A stretch of DNA of 64,000 bases from Candidatus Dormiibacterota bacterium (GTDB lineage: Bacteria > Chloroflexota > Dormibacteria > Aeolococcales > Aeolococcaceae): NCBI GenBank assembly GCA_963716365.1, contig OY970307.1, positions 2,832,349-2,896,348 of the forward strand, written 5' to 3'. The translations under genes were made by a program, and so were the position numbers. Each line of letters opens with the position of its first letter. The first letter of the stretch is position 1. This document shows positions 1 through 8,666 of the stretch, piece by piece. The notes below the pieces were generated by a model. It had not been told where the DNA came from. It saw only the letters and a list, made by a program, of their open reading frames with translations, and searched no databases.

Positions 1-14
1 CCGCTCGACACCAG

Positions 15-689
15 GTGATCAACTCGGGTCTTGACGGGTGGCTGAGCAGCATCGGCTACCTGGCGGTCGCGCTCTTCGTTGGCGTTGAGAGCCTCGGCAT
101 TCCGTTTCCCGGTGAGACGATGCTGATCACCGCAGCGGTGTATGCGGCCACGACCCATCATCTTTCGGTTGCCGGTGTGATCGTGGCAGCGATCGTGGGT
201 GCCGTCGTCGGCGACAACATCGGCTTCGGTATCGGGTGGTTTGGGGGGTACCCGCTGCTCCGCCGGTTCGGCAAGTACATCCGCCTCGACGAGGCCAAGC
301 TGAAGGTTGGACGCTACATCTTCATGCGCCAGGGTTCGAAGGTCGTCTTCCTCGGCCGGTTCGTCTCCGTGTTGCGCACGTATGCGGCTTTTCTCGCCGG
401 CACCAACCGGATGCACTGGTCTCGGTTTCTGATCGCCAACGCGACAGGTGCCGTGATCTGGGCGACTCTCTATGGCGTGGGCGCGGCCGAGGCCGCCAGC
501 GTCCTCGCGAAGCTGAGCACCCCGGTGGCGATTGGGTTCGGTGCTCTCGCCGTCGTGCTGATCGTTGCGGGCGCGGTGTTCGTCCGTCTGAACATCAAGC
601 GTCTCGAGGCAGTTGCAGAGGCAGCGCTCCCCGGTCCACTCGAGGGCTACGCACCAAAGCCGAAACCCACGGATCCCGCAGCCCCGTAG
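15..689 (+). CDS. DedA/VTT-family inner membrane protein
   Basis: 224-aa ORF, multi-TM. The conserved DedA pattern is present (G..FPGETMLI ... hydrophobic segments). The GTG start sits at the window edge, so the N-terminus may be incomplete. Confidence 0.75.
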   Translation: MINSGLDGWLSSIGYLAVALFVGVESLGIPFPGETMLITAAVYAATTHHLSVAGVIVAAIVGAVVGDNIGFGIGWFGGYPLLRRFGKYIRLDEAKLKVGRYIFMRQGSKVVFLGRFVSVLRTYAAFLAGTNRMHWSRFLIANATGAVIWATLYGVGAAEAASVLAKLSTPVAIGFGALAVVLIVAGAVFVRLNIKRLEAVAEAALPGPLEGYAPKPKPTDPAAP

Positions 690-693
690 GTCC

Positions 694-1398
694 TCAGAAG
701 CTCGGGCTGACCACCGAACCGCCCGTGGCGCCGCCGGCGGCCGGAGCGGAGATCAGCTCGGCGCGCCAGACGAGGCGGTCGTAGTCCTGCCACCACGGGT
801 CACACGTGACCAGGGTCAGCTCGTGGCCTGTGGTCGGGCCGAGCTGGGTCACCTGATTCGGCGGCAGGTCCCAGCGTTTGATCACTCGGTAGACGTACGT
901 CTGGCAGGTGCGGCTCTGGATCGTGATGGTGTCGCCGACGTTGAGCTGGTTGATGTACTGGAAATCAGGCTCGCGATGGAAGGCGATGATCACGTTGCCC
1001 TGCTGGCCGGGATTCGGCGTCGTCTCGTAGTGGACCATCGAGCGCGAGTTCAGCAAAGTCCACGTGCCGTTCCCGGCGACCGCCGCGTAGTGGTACTGCG
1101 CGGGCTCCGCGAACGTGACCAGCGCGTAGTCGGTCACCGAGCTCGAACCGCAGCTGAGTGTCTTGGTGGCGTCGGGGTTCGCACCGGTCACCACCGGGTG
1201 CGTGCCGCCGCCGTGCCAGTTGTTCAACGCGCTCGAATCCGCCTGGCCGCGCTGGAAGACGCCGATGATCGGGCCGGCGATGATCGCCCCGCCGGCGAGG
1301 ATCGAGGCGATTCCCACGGCGAGCAGAACGGTCCAGAGCTTGGGCCGGCGCAGCCGGCGTGGGCGCTGAGGAACGTCCGCAGTCAGGTCAGAAGCCAT
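694..1398 (-). CDS. sortase (class E-like transpeptidase)
   Basis: 234 aa with an N-terminal TM helix, a catalytic TLxTC motif (ELTLVTCDP), the conserved His (IIAFHRE) and Arg near the C-terminus. Confidence 0.75.
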   Translation of the reverse strand: MASDLTADVPQRPRRLRRPKLWTVLLAVGIASILAGGAIIAGPIIGVFQRGQADSSALNNWHGGGTHPVVTGANPDATKTLSCGSSSVTDYALVTFAEPAQYHYAAVAGNGTWTLLNSRSMVHYETTPNPGQQGNVIIAFHREPDFQYINQLNVGDTITIQSRTCQTYVYRVIKRWDLPPNQVTQLGPTTGHELTLVTCDPWWQDYDRLVWRAELISAPAAGGATGGSVVSPSF

Positions 1399-1469
1399 CC
1401 CTCACAGAATACCGAGCATTCCGTTCGGACGCCGTCACGTACGAGCGACGGGGCTCCGTGTGACGGTCT

Positions 1470-1739
1470 TTATCGGTTGCGCGGGTTCCGCGGCCGCTTG
1501 CGGCCGTATGCGACCCCTTCGGCCACAGGGTCGAAGGCTGCCCCCGGCCCAGTGGCCGGGGTGATGCCTTCGCCTTGCACGAACACTTTGCGCGTGCCAA
1601 CGTCGATGAGGTACGCAAGCGACTTGCCGCCCGACTGGTCAGGGATCATCGAGACGTCAGCGACAGTGCCGGTGCGCCGGCTACCGCCATAGGGAAAGCT
1701 GACCCTCGTACCCACCGCAATGGGGGCGTTGTCCGTCAC
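1470..1739 (-). CDS. small hypothetical protein (beta-barrel, DUF2945/KOW-like)
   Basis: 89-aa ORF. Its ATG overlaps the stop of the upstream zinc-ribbon gene by 4 nt (ATGA), which suggests translational coupling. The C-terminus is basic (RKRPRNPRNR). Confidence 0.4.
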   Translation of the reverse strand: MTDNAPIAVGTRVSFPYGGSRRTGTVADVSMIPDQSGGKSLAYLIDVGTRKVFVQGEGITPATGPGAAFDPVAEGVAYGRKRPRNPRNR

Positions 1740-2074
1740 CTAGGAGCGGCGCGGAAGCAATCGCTGCAATAGACGGGCTTGTCGCCTCGAGGCTGGAAGG
1801 GAACGCGCGCAACGCCGCCGCACCCAGCACAGGGAACCTCGTACATCTGGCGCGGGCCGTTGCTGCGGTATCCACCGCCGCCACCGCCGCCGCTACCACC
1901 GAATCCGCCGCCACCGCCACCACCACCGCCGCTCTGGCGACGTGCTGCTCGGCAGCTGGGGCAACGGGAAGGGGGGTTTGTGAGGCCACGAGAGGCAAAA
2001 AAGTCCTGCTCGCCCTCAGTCCAAATGAAGTCGACGCCGCAATCGCGGCAACGTAGAGTCTGGTCTACCGACAC
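1736..2074 (-). CDS. zinc-ribbon protein: CxxC..CxxCR ribbon + poly-Gly linker + second CxxC..CxxC ribbon
   Basis: The tool ORF 1736..2299 overlaps the metK start. The conserved part begins VDQTLRCRDCGVDFIWTEGEQDFFASRGLTNPPSRCPSCR (zf-trcl-like CxxC-x(n)-CPxCR). A GTG at 2074 is preceded by GGAGGA. A run GGGGGGGGGFGGSGGGGGGGY is followed by YEVPCAGCGG..VYCSDCF. Confidence 0.55.
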   Translation of the reverse strand: MSVDQTLRCRDCGVDFIWTEGEQDFFASRGLTNPPSRCPSCRAARRQSGGGGGGGGGFGGSGGGGGGGYRSNGPRQMYEVPCAGCGGVARVPFQPRGDKPVYCSDCFRAAPR

Positions 2075-2270
2075 GCGCCTTGTTCCTCCGTCCGGCGCGT
2101 ATTGATAACGGCGCCCGGGTTGGTGATAGTTACCGGTAACAGTACACGGTCTGGGTGGGCCTCGCAAAGGGACAATCGCGCTGTTACGATCCCTGCGATC
2201 CCCGGACAGGAGCAGGCCGGAGCCGCACAGGGCGGCTCGGTGGCTGCCGGTGGGGTGGAGGGTCTTCCAG

Positions 2271-3455
2271 ATGCCACCAGTACGGCACCGCCTGTTCACG
2301 TCGGAATCGGTGACCGAAGGTCATCCCGACAAGGTCGCCGATCAGATCAGCGACGCTGTCCTCGATGCCGTCCTCGGCAAGGACCCGCTCGGCCGGGTCG
2401 CCTGCGAGACGGCGCTCAGCACCGGGACCGTTCTCGTCTTCGGCGAGATCACGACGCAGGCCTACGTCGACATCGCCGGGCTGGTCCGCCAGACGATCAA
2501 GGAGATCGGCTACACCCGAGCCAAGTACGGGATCGACTGGGAGACCTGCGGCGTCCTGGTCGGCGTCAACGAGCAGTCGCCCGACATCTCGCTCGGGGTC
2601 AACCACGGCGGTGCCGGCGACCAGGGAATGATGTTCGGGTTCGCCTGCGACGAGACCCCGGAGCTGATGCCCGCGCCGATCCAGATGGCGCACCAGCTCG
2701 CCCGCCAGCTCGCGGTCACACGCCGTGACGGCACGCTGCGGTGGGCCCGCCCCGACGGCAAGACCCAGGTCACGATCGAATACGACAACGAGGGCCGTCC
2801 TCGCCGTGTCGACACCGTGCTGGTCAGCGTCCAGCACGGCGAGGAGGTCACCCAGGAGCAGATCTTCGACGACGTCCAGAAGCACGTCGTCGAGAAAGTG
2901 ATCCCAGCCGAGTGGCTCGATGCCGGCACCAAGCGTTACGTGAACCCGACAGGCCGGTTCGTGATCGGCGGTCCCATGGCGGACGCCGGCCTCACCGGGC
3001 GCAAGATCATCGTCGACACGTACGGCGGATACGCGCGGCACGGTGGCGGCGCGTTCAGCGGCAAGGACCCCTCGAAAGTCGACCGCAGCGCAGCGTACGG
3101 AGCTCGCTGGGCCGCCAAGAACGTCGTCGCGGCGGGTCTGGCGACGAAGTGCGAGATCCAGGTCGCCTACGCGATCGGCGTGGCCAAGCCGGTGTCGGTG
3201 TTCGTCGAGACGTTCGGCACCGAGAAGGTGCCGACCGACAACATCGCGGCGCTCATTGATGAGTACATCGACCTCTCACCGTTCGGGATCATGAGCGCGC
3301 TCGAGCTGCGCCAGCCGATTTACCGCCAGGTTGCCGCCTACGGCCACTTCGGCCGGAGCGATCTTGATCTTCCGTGGGAGCGCGTCAGCCTCGCCCATCA
3401 GTGGGCCGAGGACGCCGGGACCGAACCGCTGCTCGTCGCGGCCGCGACGGCGTAG
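2271..3455 (+). CDS. metK: S-adenosylmethionine synthetase
   Basis: Starts [33 protein letters not shown], the canonical MetK N-terminus. Full-length (about 395 aa) with conserved GGGAFSGKD. The tool ORF begins 21 nt upstream at a GTG. Confidence 0.95.
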   Translation: MPPVRHRLFTSESVTEGHPDKVADQISDAVLDAVLGKDPLGRVACETALSTGTVLVFGEITTQAYVDIAGLVRQTIKEIGYTRAKYGIDWETCGVLVGVNEQSPDISLGVNHGGAGDQGMMFGFACDETPELMPAPIQMAHQLARQLAVTRRDGTLRWARPDGKTQVTIEYDNEGRPRRVDTVLVSVQHGEEVTQEQIFDDVQKHVVEKVIPAEWLDAGTKRYVNPTGRFVIGGPMADAGLTGRKIIVDTYGGYARHGGGAFSGKDPSKVDRSAAYGARWAAKNVVAAGLATKCEIQVAYAIGVAKPVSVFVETFGTEKVPTDNIAALIDEYIDLSPFGIMSALELRQPIYRQVAAYGHFGRSDLDLPWERVSLAHQWAEDAGTEPLLVAAATA

Positions 3456-3484
3456 ACGCCTCGCGCGGATCGAGGCTTCAGCCT

Positions 3485-4624
3485 ATGGGTCTGCACATCC
3501 TCGTCCTCGCGGGCGGCAGCGGCACACGGTTGTGGCCGCTGAGCCGGCGATCGACGCCAAAGCACCTGCTGCCGCTGGCTCCGGGTGGCGAGACGCTGCT
3601 GCGCGCCACGCTCGAGCGCGTGATCGGGCTCGGGGTGAGCGTCCGGGTGGTCACGGCGGCATCGCAGGTCGACGACTGCCTGTCGATCCTCGACGATCTC
3701 GGCCTGCCTGCCAGCGCCGTCATCGCGGAACCGGAGCCTCGTGGCACCGGGCTGGCACTTGGTCTGGCAGTCGGGCTCATCGCCCGTGAGGATCCGGACG
3801 CGCTCATCGCCAGCGTGCACGCAGATCACCGCGTCAGCGATCCAGATGCGTACCGAGCGGCAGTGCTCGCCTCTGCCGGATGGGCTGCCAGCACCGACGG
3901 TCTCGCCACGGTCGGGCTCGTCCCCGCCGCACCGGTGACCGGCTTCGGCTACATCGAGCTGGGCGCTCCACGTGATCCGGGCGTGTGGCGGCCGCCGCCA
4001 GGTGGCCCGGCGGACGCAACGGCCGCTGCCGGCAAGCTTCCCGCGTTCGAGGCAACGGGCTTCACCGAGAAGCCGTCAGCCGATGTCGCGCAACGCTATC
4101 TCGATGGCGGACGCCACCTCTGGAATCTCGGCCTGTTCGCATGGACGGCGCGGCGGTTCCTTGCCGAGCTGGATGCGGCCGACCCGGAACTCAGCTCGGC
4201 GCTCAGCGCCGTCGCCGATGCGTGGCTGGCGGGCGACCGCGAGACGGCCGGCCGGCTCTACGCGGCGCAGCGACTGCAAGCGGTGGAACCACTCGTGCTC
4301 GAGCGCACCCGTCGGCTCACTGTCGTCCAGGCGTCGTTCGGGTGGTCCGACCTCGGATCCTGGTCGGACGTCCGCGATGCACGGGTAGCTGATGGCGACG
4401 GCGATCCACACGGCAACATCGTCGAAGGGAACGTCGTGCTCACGTCATCGAAGGACTGCACGGTGATGTCGAGATCCGGACGGCTGGTCGTCGTGGCGGG
4501 CGTCGAAGGGCTCGTGGTGGTTGACACGCCGGACGCCGTTCTCGTCGTTCCCGCCGCCGGCTCTCAACTGGTCCGCACGGTGGTCGAGGAGCTCAAAGCC
4601 GGCGGCCAGGACGAGGTCCTGTGA
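3485..4624 (+). CDS. mannose-1-phosphate guanylyltransferase (GDP-mannose pyrophosphorylase)
   Basis: MGLHILVLAGGSGTRLWPLS...PKHLL is the nucleotidyl-transferase G-loop, followed by the ManC/CpsB-type C-terminal region. It is the first gene of a manC-manB-PMI cluster. Confidence 0.85.
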   Translation: MGLHILVLAGGSGTRLWPLSRRSTPKHLLPLAPGGETLLRATLERVIGLGVSVRVVTAASQVDDCLSILDDLGLPASAVIAEPEPRGTGLALGLAVGLIAREDPDALIASVHADHRVSDPDAYRAAVLASAGWAASTDGLATVGLVPAAPVTGFGYIELGAPRDPGVWRPPPGGPADATAAAGKLPAFEATGFTEKPSADVAQRYLDGGRHLWNLGLFAWTARRFLAELDAADPELSSALSAVADAWLAGDRETAGRLYAAQRLQAVEPLVLERTRRLTVVQASFGWSDLGSWSDVRDARVADGDGDPHGNIVEGNVVLTSSKDCTVMSRSGRLVVVAGVEGLVVVDTPDAVLVVPAAGSQLVRTVVEELKAGGQDEVL

Positions 4625-4655
4625 CCGCCCTACCGCCTGGCCCTCGCCCCGTAGA

Positions 4656-6122
4656 ATGAGCGCGATGACGCCGAACCCGATCAGGTTCGGGACCGACGGA
4701 TGGCGAGCCGTGGTCGCGGATGACTTCACCTACGCGAACGTGCGCGCCGTTGCCCAGGGTGTGGCGACGTACGTCGGGAGCGAGACACGTCCCATCGTCG
4801 TCGGCCACGATTCGCGGTACTGCGCCGAGCTGTTCGCCCGCGAGGTGGCGCGGGTGCTCGTCGCCAACGGGCAGAGCGTCGTGCTGCTCGACGGCGTGAC
4901 TCCGACGCCCGCCGTTTCCTGGGCGATCACGCAGCAGCACGCGGCCGGCGGAGTCGTCGTCACCGCAAGCCACAACTCTGCGGAGTTCAACGGCATCAAG
5001 TACAAGCCTGATTTCGGTGGGTCCGCGCCCCCCGAGGTTGTGGCCGAGATCGAGCGCCACACCGTCGAGGCACTGGATTCCGGCGTGACCGAGATGACCT
5101 ACGACGAAGCGGTCGCGACAGGCAGGTTGCAGGTCGTCGATACGCTCCCGAGCTATTTCGAGCAACTCGGCAGGATGGTCAACCTGGACGCCTTGCGATC
5201 GCACGGGCTGCGGGTGCTCCACGAGGCCATGTACGGCGCGGGCGCCGGCCTGATCGCGCGTGCTCTGTCAGGCGGTTCGACCACCGTCGTGGAGTTGCAC
5301 GGCGAGCGCAACCCCGGGTTCGGCGGGATGCATCCTGAGCCGATCGACCGCTACATGCCCGAGGCAATGGAACGCATGCACGGCGGTCAGTTCGACCTCG
5401 GCATCGCCAACGACGGCGACGCGGATCGTGTGGGCATCATCGACGAGCGCGGCACATACATCAACCAGCTGCAGGTCATGTCGCTCTTCGCGATGTACCT
5501 GCTCGAGAAGCGCGGGCTGCGCGGCGATATCGTGCGCTCGATCACGACGTCCGGAATGCTCGACGCGCTCGGCGAGCGCTTCGGCGTCACCGTGCACGAA
5601 ATGCCTGTTGGGTTCAAGTACATCGGCACCAAGATGATGGAGACGAACGCGCTCCTCGGTGGCGAGGAATCCGGTGGCTACGCGTTCCGCGGCCACGTCC
5701 CCGAGCGCGACGGGATTCTCTCCGGCTTGATGATGGCGTCGATGATCGTCGACTACGGTCAGCCGCTGTCGCAGATCCTCAAGCACCTCGAGGACCTCGT
5801 CGGTCCGCACGCGTACGACCGCCACGACATTCGTTTCCCGCGCGACGGCTACGAGGAGCGCAAGACGCAGGTGTACGCGCGCATGCAGCAGGACGAGCCC
5901 ACAACGCTCGCCGGCAGCAAGATCGTGCGCACGCGCACTGACGACGGCTTCAAGTTCTACATGGACGACGGCTCATGGGTGCTGATGCGCATGAGTGGGA
6001 CAGAGCCACTGATGCGGGTGTATGCCGAGGCCACCACGCACGAGCGTGTCGAGGAGCTCATCACCGCGCTCGAGCACCAGAGCGGTGTTTCTGGTCGCGT
6101 CGCGGTCGGAGCCAGCGAGTGA
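4656..6122 (+). CDS. phosphomannomutase/phosphoglucomutase (alpha-D-phosphohexomutase)
   Basis: Contains FGTDGWRA, the active-site serine loop TASHNSAEFNGIK, the GDGDADR metal-binding loop and GEESGG. Start set at the MSAMTPNP Met. Confidence 0.85.
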   Translation: MSAMTPNPIRFGTDGWRAVVADDFTYANVRAVAQGVATYVGSETRPIVVGHDSRYCAELFAREVARVLVANGQSVVLLDGVTPTPAVSWAITQQHAAGGVVVTASHNSAEFNGIKYKPDFGGSAPPEVVAEIERHTVEALDSGVTEMTYDEAVATGRLQVVDTLPSYFEQLGRMVNLDALRSHGLRVLHEAMYGAGAGLIARALSGGSTTVVELHGERNPGFGGMHPEPIDRYMPEAMERMHGGQFDLGIANDGDADRVGIIDERGTYINQLQVMSLFAMYLLEKRGLRGDIVRSITTSGMLDALGERFGVTVHEMPVGFKYIGTKMMETNALLGGEESGGYAFRGHVPERDGILSGLMMASMIVDYGQPLSQILKHLEDLVGPHAYDRHDIRFPRDGYEERKTQVYARMQQDEPTTLAGSKIVRTRTDDGFKFYMDDGSWVLMRMSGTEPLMRVYAEATTHERVEELITALEHQSGVSGRVAVGASE

Positions 6123-6136
6123 GCCGGCTGGCGGCC

Positions 6137-6521
6137 ATGTCGGGAATGATCCACGAGGCGGGCGCAGGGAGGGTCGAGAAGCCCTGGGGATATGAGCTCC
6201 GCTGGGCGATCACCGACCGTTACCTCGGCAAGCTCATCCACATCGATCGCGGGCACTCATTGAGCCTCCAGTACCACGTCCAGAAAGACGAGTGGATCCA
6301 TGTCGAACTCGGGGGCGATGGACCTTCAGCTCGAGGACGACAACGGCGAGATGGAGACGCACCGCCTGACACCGGGGATGAGCGCGCACATCCGTCCCGG
6401 TCGCCGGCATCGATTCGTTGCTCTGGAGGACACGGATCTGACCGAGGTGTCGTCCCCGGAGATCGATGACGTGGTGCGTCTCGAGGACAGTTATGGACGG
6501 GCGGGCACCTCGGCCGACTGA
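6137..6521 (+). CDS. mannose-6-phosphate isomerase, small cupin type (apparent frameshift)
   Basis: Carries the cupin signature KPWGYE..GHSLSLQYHVQKDEWIHV and then ...ETHRLTPG..IRPGRRHRF..EVSSPEIDDVVRLEDSYGR. The two halves are in different frames (tool ORFs 5975..6469 and 6300..6521). The junction is at gtcGAACTCggggg (6305-6315); removing one A gives ..WIHVDSGAMDL.. in a single frame. Confidence 0.75.
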
Positions 6522-6562
6522 GCCGAGGTCTGCCGAGTTCTCCACTGTTTCCACAGGCCGCC

Positions 6563-7423
6563 GTGGATAATCGAACAGGTTTTCGCCGCAAGGGTCATGC
6601 GTATCTTGCCGACCAGGCGCGCAGCGCGCTGGGGATCACGGGCGAGGTACGGGTGCTCGCCGAAATCCCGCTCCCGATGGTCCACACGGCGTTGGGGATC
6701 GCGGTCTGCGCCGCCGAGGTGCTCCTCCGCCCCGAAGCTGTCGGGCTCACCCGGAGCGCTCTCAGCGATACCGCGCTTGCGCTGTTCACGGGCCTGGTCC
6801 TGGTCGCATACGACTTCCTGATCTATCCGCCGGACTCGCGCCCCGGCCCGGTCGGGATCGCACTCCCGATGGCCGCGGTGCTGTCGTTCGGCACGCTCCT
6901 TGCCATCGCGGTCCTGCCGCTCCCGATCCGGATCGGCAGCGGCGTCATCGCGGCGATGGTCATCGGCGGCGTGCCCCAGCTCGCGGGCCGGCGCGCGCTC
7001 GGCAAGGAGGGGTGGGTGACTCGGCTCATCCGGGACATCTCCGGGGTCGCCGTCCTTGCACCGGTGCTGCTCGGGGGCGTGTCGCCGACGCTTCCGCTCC
7101 ACTTCCGCCTGCCCGCCGTCTTCGCGGTGGTGGTGCTCGTCAGCCTCGACGGGCTCCGAACCGAGCACCTGCCCATCCTCTGGACGATCCTCTCGGCGCT
7201 CATCGTCGGCGCGCTCGTCTCGGGTGCCGCGGTATTGGTGGGCGCGACCGCCTCGTACGCCGGGCTGCGCGCCGCGATCCTGCTGGTGCTCTGGTACGGC
7301 GGTCGTGGGGTGGCAGGCGCGATCGGCGCACGCTCACGCAGCAAGGAGGTCATCGCCGAATACGCGATCTTCTTCGCGGCCGCGATCGCCGGGATGGTCT
7401 GGATCCGCATCGCCCACCTCTAG
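6563..7423 (+). CDS. hypothetical polytopic membrane protein
   Basis: 286-aa ORF with about 7 predicted hydrophobic helices and no recognisable catalytic motif. Start uncertain. Confidence 0.45.
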   Translation: MDNRTGFRRKGHAYLADQARSALGITGEVRVLAEIPLPMVHTALGIAVCAAEVLLRPEAVGLTRSALSDTALALFTGLVLVAYDFLIYPPDSRPGPVGIALPMAAVLSFGTLLAIAVLPLPIRIGSGVIAAMVIGGVPQLAGRRALGKEGWVTRLIRDISGVAVLAPVLLGGVSPTLPLHFRLPAVFAVVVLVSLDGLRTEHLPILWTILSALIVGALVSGAAVLVGATASYAGLRAAILLVLWYGGRGVAGAIGARSRSKEVIAEYAIFFAAAIAGMVWIRIAHL

Positions 7424-7439
7424 CGGCGGCCGGCCCCGG

Positions 7440-8666
7440 TCAGGAGAGACGCAGGCTCTGGCTCGGCGTCGAGATCCGGGGCGGCGTCGCGTCGGCGGAG
7501 TGGAGGCGCTCCACCTGGGCGTGCGAGCGTTCGACCTGGTCCGAGAGGTTGTCGACGGTGATCTTCATCGCCTGAAGCGCCCGCAGCTTGTAGGTGTCGA
7601 TCTGGTCCAGGGCGGCAAACACGTTGTCCCACGCGCGCTGGAGCGATCCCATGTCGATGCCCGGGCTCGCCGCCTGGCTTTCGACGGTGCTGGTCTGCTC
7701 GCGCAGCACCGCGGAGGTGCTCTCGATCATCGCGCTCGTTGTCTCGTTGACGGCTCTGACCTGCTCGCTCACGAGCTTCTGGTTCGTGAGCGCCTGCGCC
7801 ACCATCACCGCGGTCCTGAGCGCAGCGACTGTTGTCGTGGTCGCTGTACGCACGGCACGAACGAGCTCGCGGTTGTTCACCTCGACCACGCGGAGCGCCG
7901 CGTACCCCTGAACAGCGACGGCAAGCTGCGTGAGGATCTCCTGTCTGCGCCGGCGCACCGGGTAGAGGATGTCCTCCTGAAGCACCTTGGCGCGCTCGGG
8001 GTCACCGATGGCGATGTGGTTGATCTGTGCCTCGAGCCCGCCATCGAGTTTCTCTGCCATGTACGCGTACTGGCGCAGGGACTCCATCTGTGACCACAGA
8101 CCCTTCTGCTCCTGGGCAATTGCCGCGTTGTCCTTCTCGAGCTCACCGCCGCCTTCGCGAAGCGCTCCGACGATTCCCTCGATGTGGCTTTGGGACTTCT
8201 GGTATTTCGCGAAGTAGGCTCGGACGCGGTCGCCGAAGGGAATGACGCCCAGCAGCTTTCGCGAGCCGCCCTGGGTCAGATCATGCTTCGCGGGATTCAG
8301 CTCTTCGACAGAACGGCGCAGATCGAGGAGGCTCTTCGCGATCGGAGCGTCACCCTGGCCGAGTCCTTGCATCGCGCGGGTCGGGCGGTCGAGCAGCCGG
8401 TTGCTCATGTCCGACGTCGTCCGGATCTCGCGGTCGGCGAGGCCATCGATATCGTCGACGCGGCGCCGGTAGTCGTCACCGTGGACATCAACGGACCGGA
8501 GCCCGCCGATGAACGCGGCCACCATGGTGTCGATTCGCTTGGCGGCCTCGGGGTCGATGCTCACCTCGCGCTCAGCCTCGGCCGGGGCGACCGTTGCCGC
8601 CGCCTCGGGGGCAGAGAGCGAGAGCGAAACCGCGTCAGCCGCGGTCTCTGGGCTGTCTGTCGTCAC
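7440..8666 (-). CDS. TelA-family toxic anion resistance protein
   Basis: 408 aa with the TelA/KlaA-like architecture (Ala/Glu-rich N-terminus, then a conserved helical region ..LLDLRRSVEELNP..KYQKSQSHIEGIVGALREGG..). Its start overlaps the flotillin stop by 4 nt. Confidence 0.7.
   Translation of the reverse strand: MTTDSPETAADAVSLSLSAPEAAATVAPAEAEREVSIDPEAAKRIDTMVAAFIGGLRSVDVHGDDYRRRVDDIDGLADREIRTTSDMSNRLLDRPTRAMQGLGQGDAPIAKSLLDLRRSVEELNPAKHDLTQGGSRKLLGVIPFGDRVRAYFAKYQKSQSHIEGIVGALREGGGELEKDNAAIAQEQKGLWSQMESLRQYAYMAEKLDGGLEAQINHIAIGDPERAKVLQEDILYPVRRRRQEILTQLAVAVQGYAALRVVEVNNRELVRAVRTATTTTVAALRTAVMVAQALTNQKLVSEQVRAVNETTSAMIESTSAVLREQTSTVESQAASPGIDMGSLQRAWDNVFAALDQIDTYKLRALQAMKITVDNLSDQVERSHAQVERLHSADATPPRISTPSQSLRLS

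Noticed and set aside
1779-2105. A plus-strand ORF encoding a long poly-Pro run (PPPPPPLPPNPPPPPPPPPLW).
   Set aside because: It is the antisense reading of the poly-Gly codons (GGN/NCC) of the zinc-ribbon gene on the minus strand, so it is a mirror artefact and not a gene.
2184-3041. Long ORFs antisense to metK, and similar ones elsewhere (for example 8594..9367 opposite flotillin, 36921..38024 opposite glgP, 17084..17851 opposite the membrane protein, 57025..57765 opposite the BNR gene).
   Set aside because: At ~70% GC, stop codons are rare in all frames. These ORFs are Arg/Ala/Pro-rich, lack motifs, and lie opposite well-supported genes.
6311-6315. The G5 homopolymer as the cause of the cupin frameshift.
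   Set aside because: Deleting a G also restores frame. However, deleting an A from the adjacent GAACTC gives the better-conserved ..HVDSGAM.. and matches the edit at four other sites, so the GAACTC explanation is preferred. Either way it is a 1-bp event at 6305-6315.
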